Assembly: GCA_038087875.1 (NCBI GenBank) | Contig: CM075988.1 | Coordinates: forward strand, 62,001-126,000 | Direction: 5' to 3' | Source: Malacoraja senta | Taxonomy: Eukaryota | DNA length: 64,000 nt | Shown here: positions 55,785 to 64,000 of the stretch, in pieces | How the letters are laid out: each line of letters begins with the position of its first letter | Position numbering within the stretch: the stretch's first letter is position 1 | The notes under the pieces: generated by a model | What the model was told of the DNA's origin: nothing | Databases searched by the model: none | Seen by the model: only the letters and a program-made list of their open reading frames with translations | Program-made: the position numbers and the translations under genes

Positions 55785-57340
55785 GAAACATAGAAACATA
55801 GAAAATAGGTGCAGGAGTAGGCCATTCGGCCCTTCGAGCCTGCACCGCCATTCAATATGATCATGGCTGATCATCCAACCTTTAGCCACAAGGGCCACAT
55901 CTAACTCCCTCTTAAATATAGCCAATGAACTGGCCTCAACTACCTTCTGTGGCAGAGAGTTCCACAGATTCACCACTCTCTGTGTGAAAAAAGTTTTCTC
56001 ATCTCGGTCCTAAAAGATTTCCCCCTTATCCTTAAGCTGTGACCCCTTGTCCTGGACTTCCCCAACATCAGGAACAATCTTCCTGCATCTAACCTGTCCA
56101 ACCCCTTAAGAATTTTGTAAGTTTCTATAAGATATCCCCTCAATCTCCTAAATTCTAGCAAGTACAAGCCAAGTCTATCCAGTCTTTCTTCATATGAAAG
56201 TCCTGACATCCCAGGAATCAGTCTGGTGAACCTTCTCTGTACTCCCTCTATGGCAATAATGTCCTTCCTCAGATTTGGCGACCAAAACTGTACGCAATAC
56301 TCCAGGTGTGGTCTCACCAAGACCCTGTACAACTGCAGTAGAACCTCCCTGCTCCTATACTCAAATCCTCTTGCTATGAATGCTAACATACCATTCGCTT
56401 TCTTCACTGCCTGCTGCACCTGCATGCCTACTTTCAATGACTGGTGTACCATGACACTGACTGGTGTACCATGAGAATGGGATGCTATGAGGCTGCAGGG
56501 TGATTTGGACAGGTTGGGTGAGTGGGCAGATACATGGCAGATGCAGTATAATGAGGATCAATGTGAGGTTATCCACTTTGGTGGCAAAAACAGGAAGGCA
56601 GATTATTATCTAAATGGCGTCAAGCTGGGAAAAGGGGAAGTACAAGGGGATCTGGGAGGTCCTTGTACATCAGTCTATGAAAGTAAGCATGCAGGTACAG
56701 CAGGCAGTGAAGAAAGCGAATGGCATGTTGGCCTTCATAACAAGAGGAGTTGAGTATAGGAGCAGGGAGGTTCTACTGCAGTTGTACAGGGTCCTAGTGA
56801 GACCACACCTGGAGTATTGTGTACAGCTTTGGTCTCTAAACTTGAGGAAGGACAGCGTAGGTTCACTCCAGGTTAATTCCCAGGATGGCGGGACTGTCAT
56901 ATGTTGATAGAATGGAGCTGGTGGACTTGTATACTCTGGAATTTAGACGGATGAGAGGGGTTCTTATTGAAACATATGAGATTATTAAGGGTTTGGACAC
57001 GCTAGAGGCAGGAAACATGTTCCCGATGTTGGGGGAGTCCAGAACCAGGGGCCACAGTTTAAGAATATGTGGTAAGCCATTTAGAACGGAGATGAGGAAA
57101 CACTTTTTTAACACAGAACGTTGTGAGTCTGTGGAATTCTCTGCCTCAGAGGGCGGTGGAGGCAGGTTCTCTGGATACTTTCAAGAGAGAGTTAGATTGG
57201 GCTTTTAGGGATAGCAGAGTTAAGGGATATGGAGAGAAGGCAGGAACGGGGTACTGATTGTGGATGATCAGCCATGATCACATTGAATGGCGGTGCTAGC
57301 TTGAAAGGCCAAATGGCCTACTCCTGCACCTATTGTCTAT
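55785..57340. mobile_element. Head-to-head CR1 fragments (55785-56455 minus; 56475-57340 plus)
   Basis: ORFs 55970..56452(-) and 56487, 56614, 56885(+). A 17-bp direct duplication tgactggtgtaccatga lies at the junction. Confidence 0.92.
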
Positions 57341-57825
57341 AACTCGCCCACACCGGCCAACATGCCCCAGCTCCACTAGTCCCACTTGCCTGCGTTTTGC
57401 CCATATCCCTCTAAACCTGTCCTATCCATGTACCTGTCTCAATGTGTCTTCAACGTTGGGATAGTCCCAGCCTCAACTACCTCCTTCGGCAGCTCGTATC
57501 ATACACCCACTACCCGTTTTGTGAAAATGTTACCCCTCAGATTCCTTTTAAATCTTTTCCCCTTCACCTTAAACCTATGTCCTCTGGTTCTCGATTCCCC
57601 TACTCTGGGCAAAAGACTCTGTGCGTCTACCCGATCTATTCCTCTCATGATTTTGTACACCTGTATAAGATCACACCTCATCCTCCTGCGCTCCATGGAA
57701 TAGAGACCCAGCCTACTCAACCTCGCCCTATAGCTCACACCCTCTAGTCCTGGCAACATCCTCGTAAATCTTCTCCGTACCCTTTCCAGCTTGACAACAT
57801 CTTTCCTATGACACGGTGCCCAGAA
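57340..57825 (-). mobile_element. CR1 LINE 3' fragment (subfamily B)
   Basis: ORF 57499..57759(-) has MLPGLEGVSYRARLSRLGLYSMERRRMR. Confidence 0.9.
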
Positions 57826-58344
57826 CTGACTTGGCCTCCACTGCCGTCTGTGGCAATGAATTCCACAGATTCACCACCCTCTGGCCCACCAAGTCCACGT
57901 GGACCAGCGATCATCCCATACACAGGCACTGTCCTAGAAGCTAATTAACCTACACACCAACACATATTATGAATGGGCACAGGTGTAGGACATTTCCACC
58001 CTGGGAAAAAGATTCTGACTGTCCACCCTGTCTATGCCAGTCTTCAATAGAAAAAAGACAATAGGTGCAGGAGTAGGCCATTCGGCCCTTCGAGCCAGCA
58101 CCACCATTCAATGTGATCATGGCTGATCATCCCCAATCAGTACCTCGTACCTGCCTTCTCCCCATATCCCCTGACTCCGCTATCTTTAAGAGCCCTATCT
58201 AGCTCTCTCTTGAAAGCGATCCCCGCACAATAACACTATCCTACACACACTGGGCACAATTTACATTTATACCGAAGCCATTTAACCTACAAACCTACAC
58301 GTCTTTGGAGTGTGGGAGGAAAACTGAGGATCTCGAGAAACCGA

Positions 58345-59078
58345 GAAAAGACTAGGCTTGTATTCACTGGAGTTTAGAAGGATGAGGGGGAATCTTATAG
58401 AAACAAATATAATTATAAAAGGACTGGACAAGCTAGATGCAGGAAAAATGTTCCCAATGTTGGGCGAGTCCAGAACCAGGGGCCACAGTCTTAGAATAAA
58501 GGGGAGGTCATTTAAGACTGAGGTGAGAAAAAACGTTTTCACGTAGAGAGTTGTGAATTTGTGGAATTCCCTGCCACAGAGGGCAGTGGAGGCCAAGTCA
58601 CTGGATGGATTTAAGAGAGAGTTAGATAGAGCTCTAGGGGCTAGTGGAGTCAAGGGATATGGGGAGAAGGCAGGAACGAGTTGTTGATTGGGGACGATCA
58701 GCCATGATCGCAATGAATGGCGGTGCTGGCTCGAAGGGCCGAATGGCCTCCTCCTGCACCTATTTTCTATATTTCTATGTTTCTATGAAAGTATCCAGAG
58801 AATCGGCCTCCACCGCCCTCTGAGGCAGAGAATTCCACAGACTCACCACTCTCTGTGTGAAAAAGTGTTTCCTCGTCTCCGTTCTAAATGGCTTACCCCT
58901 TATTCTTAAACTGTGGCACCTGGTTCTGGACTCCCCCAACATCGGGAACATGTTTCCTGCCTCTAGCGTGTCCAAACCCTTAATAATCTTATATGTTTCA
59001 ATAAGATTCCCTCTCATCCTTCTAAACTCCAGGGTATACAAGCCCAGCCGCTCCATTCTCTCAGCATATGACAGTCCA
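58345..59078. mobile_element. Tail-to-tail CR1 fragments (58345-58787 plus; 58788-59078 minus)
   Basis: ORFs 58358..58546 and 58775..59104(-). Confidence 0.9.
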
Positions 59079-59109
59079 AGATAAAATAATCCAATTCTGT
59101 CCATCTACT

Positions 59110-59290
59110 GTGTTCAAGAAGGAACTGCAGACGCTGGAAAATCGAAGGTACACAAAAATGCTGGAGAAACTCAGCGGGTGCAGCAGCATCTATGGAGCGA
59201 AGGAAATAGGCAACGTTTCGGCCCGCTTATATTTCCTTCGCTCCATAGATGCTGCTGCACCCGCTGAGTTTCTCCAGCATTTTTGTGTAC
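59110..59290. mobile_element. Penelope mini-insertion forming a perfect 61-bp inverted repeat, with a 12-bp TSD
   Basis: Arms at 59148-59208 and 59230-59290. TGTCCATCTACT at 59098-59109 and 59291-59302. Confidence 0.88.
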
Positions 59291-59334
59291 TGTCCATCTA
59301 CTCCCTGGAGCCAATACACCCGAATAAAGGGCTT

Positions 59335-59850
59335 GATTTGGGAGCAGTTCCATCCAGGACCTCCAGAAATTGCAGCAAATTGTGGACGCAGCCCAGACCA
59401 ACGCACAAACCAACCTCCCTTCCATTGACTCCATCTACACCTCACGCTGCCTCGGCAAGGCCAGCAGCATCATCAAGGGACCAGTCTCACCCCCGGCCAC
59501 TCCCTCTTCTCCCCTCTCCCATCGGGCAAGAGGTACAGAAGTGTGAAAACGCACACCTCCGGATTCAGGGACAGTTTCTTCCCAGTTGTTATCAGGCAAC
59601 TGAATCATCCTACCATAACCAGAGAGCGGTCCTGAACTACTATCTACCTCATTGGTGACGCTCAGACTATCCTTGATCGGATTTTACTGGCTTTACCTTG
59701 CACTAAAAATTATTCTCTTATCCTGTATCTATACACTGTAAACGGTTCGATTGTAATCATGTGTTGTCTTTCCGCTGACTGGATAGCACGCAACAAAAGC
59801 TTTTCACTGTACCTCGGTACACGTGACAATAAACTGAACTGAACTGAACT
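59335..59850 (+). mobile_element. Rex1/Babar 3' fragment (family B) with complete tail
   Basis: Ends ttttcactgtacctcggtacacgtgacaataaactgaactgaa. Confidence 0.9.
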
Positions 59851-60264
59851 AGACACAAAATGCTGGAGTAACTCAGCGGGACAGGCTGCATCGCTGGAGA
59901 GAAGGAATGATTGACGTATCGGGTCGAGGCCCTTCTTTAGTGAGAGTCACGGGAGAGGGAAACGAGAGACGCAGAAGGTATGTATGAAAGATATGCAAAA
60001 AACAACGATGGTCAAAGGAATGGTGGAGCTTACATGTTTTACTGTCTGTATAACTGGTTATCAGTATCACCTACCCCACATCCAGCAATGGTGATAACGA
60101 GTTATAGAGACCCGTGAAGGGTGATTAGTACGGGTGTCAGCGATTATGGGGAGAAGGCAGTGGGGTTGAGAGGGAGAGATAGATCAGCCACGATTGAATG
60201 GCAGGGTAGACTTGACGGGCCGAATGGCCCAATTCTGCTCCTAGAACATATATATTCTTAGAGG

Positions 60265-60620
60265 ACGGACAGGCTAGATGGAGGAAAAATGTCGCAGATG
60301 TTGGGGGAAGTCCAGAACCAGGGGCCATAGTTTAAGGATAAGGGGTAAGCCATTTAGGACCGAGATGAGGAAAAACTTTTCCACCCAGAGAGTTGTGAAT
60401 CGGTGGAATTCTCTGCCACAGAGGCAGTGGAGGCCGATTCACTAGATGTTTTCAAGAGAGAGTTAGATTTAGCTCTTTGGGCTAACGGAATCAAGGGATA
60501 TGAGGAGAAGGCAGGAACAGGGTACTGATTGGGGATGATCAGCCATGATCATATTGAATAGCGGTGCTGACTTGAAGGGCCAAATGGCGTACTCCTGCAC
60601 CTGTTGTCTATTGTCTATTC
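60265..60620 (+). mobile_element. CR1 LINE 3' fragment
   Basis: gggaagtccagaaccaggggccatagtttaagg... followed by the CR1 tail. Confidence 0.88.
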
Positions 60621-60732
60621 TTTATCGTATCCCTGAACTTGCACATTTGAGTGGCTCGAAGGGTCGAATTGTCTAGTCCTGCACCTATTTGCTATGCTAT
60701 GTAACTTATGAAACTCAAAAGGACAATAAATA

Positions 60733-61305
60733 ACACTTCAACTCCCCCTCCTATTCCCACACTGACCTTTCTGTCCGGGGCCTCCTCCATTGCCAGAGCG
60801 AGGCCAAGCGCAAATTGGAGGAACAGCACCTCATATTTCGCTTGGGCAGCTTACACCCCAGCGGTACGAATATTGATTTCTCTAACCTCGTTACCCTTGC
60901 ATCCCCTCTCTCTCCATCCCTCCCCCACCCTAGTCGTTGTACTAGTTTCACTGTCGTCCTTTTGAGTTTCAATGTCTGCCCAACTCGTTATAATCTATAC
61001 CACAGCCAACAATGGACCATTGTGGGCTCCACCTATCTTTGATCATGGATATTTTTGCATTTCTTTCATTCATTTGTTCTAGGCACCTTCTACATCTCTT
61101 GTTTCCTCCACCCTCCCCTCCCCCCCCAGACACTCAAAGAAGGGCAGTGGGATTAGTATGGGGATTGATGCAGGGCTGAAGAAGGGTCTTGACCCGAAAC
61201 GTCACCTATTCCTCTTCTCCAGAGATGCTGCCTGACCCGCTAAATTACTCCAGCTCTTTGCGTTCACACTCGGTGTAAACCAGCATCTGCAGAGTTCCTT
61301 CCGAA
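60733..61305 (+). mobile_element. Penelope-like 3' fragment
   Basis: EEQHLIFRLGSLHPSG, plus a hammerhead-like core at 61176-61203. Confidence 0.85.
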
Positions 61306-61499
61306 ATATTCCGGGATATAAAATATTTTAAAAAATATTGAAATATAAAAAACCTCTTCTGTACTCTCTCCAAAGCTTGCACATACTTCCTGCAATGGGG
61401 TGACCAGAACTTATCCTTTTTAACTTTTGTTCCTCACAGCGCCAGAGACCCGGGTTCAATCCTGACCTCGGGTGCTGTCGGTGTGGAGTTTGCATGTTC

Positions 61500-61912
61500 T
61501 CAAGAGTCAAGAGAGTTTATTGTCATGTGTCCCAGATAGAACAATGAAATTCTTACTTGCTGCAACACAACAGAATATGTAAACGTAATAAATAATACAA
61601 CAAAAATTCAGGAAATAACAGAACAAACAATAACAGCGCCATCATAATAATAATAATAATAATAGACTTTTGTGGTTCATAGCTTATGAGGTTGGCAAGT
61701 TTAATAGCCTGATGGCTGTAGGGAAGTAGCTGTTCCTGAACCTGGACGTTACAGTTTTCAGGCTCCTGTACCTTCTTCCCGATGGCAGTGGTGAGATGAG
61801 TGTGTGGCCAGGATGGTGTGGGTCTCCGATGATGATGGCCGCCTTTTTGAGGCAGCGACTACGACAGATCCCTTCGATGGTGGGGAGGTCATTGCCGGTG
61901 ATGGCCTGGGCA
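61500..61912 (-). mobile_element. Rex1/Babar 3' fragment (family A) inserted into a V-SINE
   Basis: [24 protein letters not shown]. The SINE head (61433-61500) continues at ~61915. Confidence 0.88.
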
Positions 61913-62144
61913 GAGACTGCGTGGATTTTCTCCGGTTGCTCCGGTTTCTTCCCACATCCCAAGAACATGCGGAATGGTAGGTTAATTGGTAGGCTATAAA
62001 TTGCCCCTTGTGTGTCGGGGGCGGATACAAAAACGGAGTTACATAGTACTAGTCGATGCTGTGTTTTTCGATTAAACTGAGGATGTGGCCACAACTGCTG
62101 AGTTTCTCCGGCGCTTCCACATAGGAGGAGCAGTGATAGACTTA

Positions 62145-62515
62145 TGGGACTGGACAAGCTAGATGCAGAAAAAATGTTCCCAATGTTGGACGAGTCCAGA
62201 ACCAGGGGCCACAGTCTTAGAATAAAGGGGAGGCCATTTAAGACTGAGGTGAGTAAAAACGTTTTCACCCAAAGAGTTGTGAATTTGTGGAATTCCCTGC
62301 CACAGAGGGCAGTGGAGGCCAAGTCACTGGATGGATTTAAGAGAGAGTTAGATAGAGCTCTAGGGGCTGGTGGAGTCAAGGGATACGGGGAGAAGGCAGG
62401 CACGGGTTATTGATTGGGGACGATCAGCCATGATCACAATGAATGGCGGTGTTGGCTTGAAGGGCCGAATGGCCTCCTCCTGCACCTATTTTTCTATGTT
62501 TCTATCTTTCTATGT
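62145..62515 (+). mobile_element. CR1 LINE 3' fragment
   Basis: ORF 62144..62413. Confidence 0.92.
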
Positions 62516-62519
62516 GATT

Positions 62520-62830
62520 CAGCGTGGAAACAGGCCCTTCGGCCCAACTTGCCCACACTGACCAACATGTCCCATCTACACTTGTCCCACCTGCCTGCAT
62601 TTGACCCACATCCCTCCAAACCTGTCCTATCCATGTACCTGTCTAAATTTTTCTTAAAACGTTGCGTTAGTCCTTGGGTGTATGGAACGAGCTGCCAGAG
62701 GAGGTAGTTGAGGCTGGGACTATCGCAACAGTTGGACAGGTACATGGATAGGACAGGTTTGGAGGGATATGGGCCAAATGCAGGCAGGTGGGACTAGTGT
62801 AGATGGGACATGTTGGCCAGTGTGGGCGAG
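62520..62830. mobile_element. Inverted pair of CR1-B tails
   Basis: 62535-62645 is the approximate reverse complement of 62730-62830. Confidence 0.8.
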
Positions 62831-62999
62831 TTAGAGAGCTAGATAGGGCTCTTAAAGATAGCGGAGTCAGGGGATATGGGGAGAAGGCAGGAACGGGGTA
62901 CTGATTGGGGATGATCAGCCATGATCACATTGAATGGTGGTGCTGGCTCGAGGGGCCGAATGGCCTCCTCCTGCACCTATTGTGTATATTCTATTGTCC

Positions 63000-63340
63000 A
63001 AAGACATGCAGGCTTGAAGGTTATTTGGCTTCGGTAAAAATTGTAAATTGTCCTTGGTGTGTGTAGGATAGTGTTAATCTACGTGACAGTGTGGACTCGG
63101 TGGGCCGAAGGGCCAGTTTCTGCACTGTATCTCTAAATTAAGTTAAACTAAACGGCTGCTGTCTGTACGGAGTTTGTACGTTCTCCCCGTGACCTGCGTG
63201 GGTTTTCTCCGGGTGCTCCGGTTTCCTCCCACACTCCAAAGACGTACAGTTTTGTAGGTTCATTAGCTTGGTGTAGTTGTAAATTTTCCTCAGTGTGTGT
63301 AGGATGTGCGGGGACGGGGACAGGTAGTGTGCGGGGACGG
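63000..63340 (+). mobile_element. Two V-SINE fragments
   Basis: V-domain at 63158-63250 and a SINE tail at 63085-63150. Confidence 0.8.
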
Positions 63341-63675
63341 CCCCATAGCAGAAGCGTCCACATCACGGGGCTGGAAACTGGAAGTATCCTGAGCTAATTC
63401 TGCTACCACCATCATCTATTGTAACAAATGATGGCTCCCACCGATTGCCGCTGGAAGCTCGCGTCCTTTTCAGGACGAACGATGACAATATTTGGAAAAT
63501 TGGAAGATGGATACGAAAAGAAGAAGAGTGTGCGGGGATCGCTGGTCGGCACAGTCTCGGTGGGCCGAAGGGCCTGTTTCTGCGCTGTATCTCTAAGCTA
63601 AACAAAACGATTATTATCACATGTACCGAGGTACAGTGAAAAGCTTCGCTTTGCATGCTATCCAATCAACGGTTA

Positions 63676-64000
63676 AGGGGCTGTCCCACTGCAGCGACCT
63701 AATTGGCGAGTTTAGAAGAGTTTGCCCTCGACTCGTACTCGCAGCATGGTCGACACGAGGTCCTAGGAGGTCTTCGTAACTCTCCTTCATGCTCGAGAGT
63801 GGTCCCCGCGTACTCGAGGCCTCAGCTAGGTCGCGTAGTAGGTCGGCATGTTAGTCGTAGGTAATCGAGGGTAGTCGAAGGTAATTGTAGATAGTCGAAG
63901 GTAGTCGTAGCTAGTCTTCAACATAGTCGAAGGTAGTCGTAGCTAGTCTTCAACATAGTCGAAGGAGGTCTTCAACATGACATTTTTTCAAACTCTCCTG
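63676..64000. mobile_element. PIF/Harbinger-type MITE family 2, inverted relative to 23928-24446; runs off the window
   Basis: tta|aggggctgtcccactgcagcgacctaat. The interior is the reverse complement of 23928-24446 with a deletion. Confidence 0.9.

Noticed and set aside
1..64000. Prokaryotic systems (CRISPR array, retron, DGR, group II intron) suggested by RT ORFs and recurring repeats
   Set aside because: The RT motifs are CR1, Rex1/Babar and Penelope types. The repeats are dispersed TE tails, not regularly spaced repeat-spacer units. There is no operon-like gene density.

Overview
Eukaryotic, not microbial, sequence. It is an intergenic or intronic stretch of a vertebrate genome, most likely a cartilaginous fish (skate/ray-like); this is inferred from the HE1-type V-SINE / CR1 LINE pairing and the overall repeat make-up. 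I found no host protein-coding exon, rRNA, true tRNA or CRISPR array. Nearly every ORF in the track is a fragment or antisense read-through of a transposable element. The window is a dense, nested patchwork of: CR1 LINEs (several subfamilies; one has an uninterrupted ~1.85 kb RT-containing frame at ~44070-45916), Rex1/Babar, L2, L1 and Penelope-like elements, V-SINEs, RTE-derived short elements, a non-autonomous Helitron, four PIF/Harbinger-type MITE families, one unclassified TIR element and a 200-N assembly gap. A few single-copy islands may be conserved non-coding elements. The most notable signals are: (1) a GC-rich, non-tRNA, non-coding retroposon family with two covarying hairpins and interchangeable Rex/Babar-type tails; (2) minimal hammerhead-ribozyme cores in Penelope tails, plus two mini-insertions with inverted tails and TSDs; (3) a composite Helitron with two 5' ends and clustered promoter-like motifs; (4) MITE families with one shared terminus but unrelated CpG-rich interiors. 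Coordinates were read by eye: TIR/TSD boundaries are near exact, degraded LINE boundaries approximate. Subfamily labels A/B/C are my own. Novelty cannot be established without database searches.
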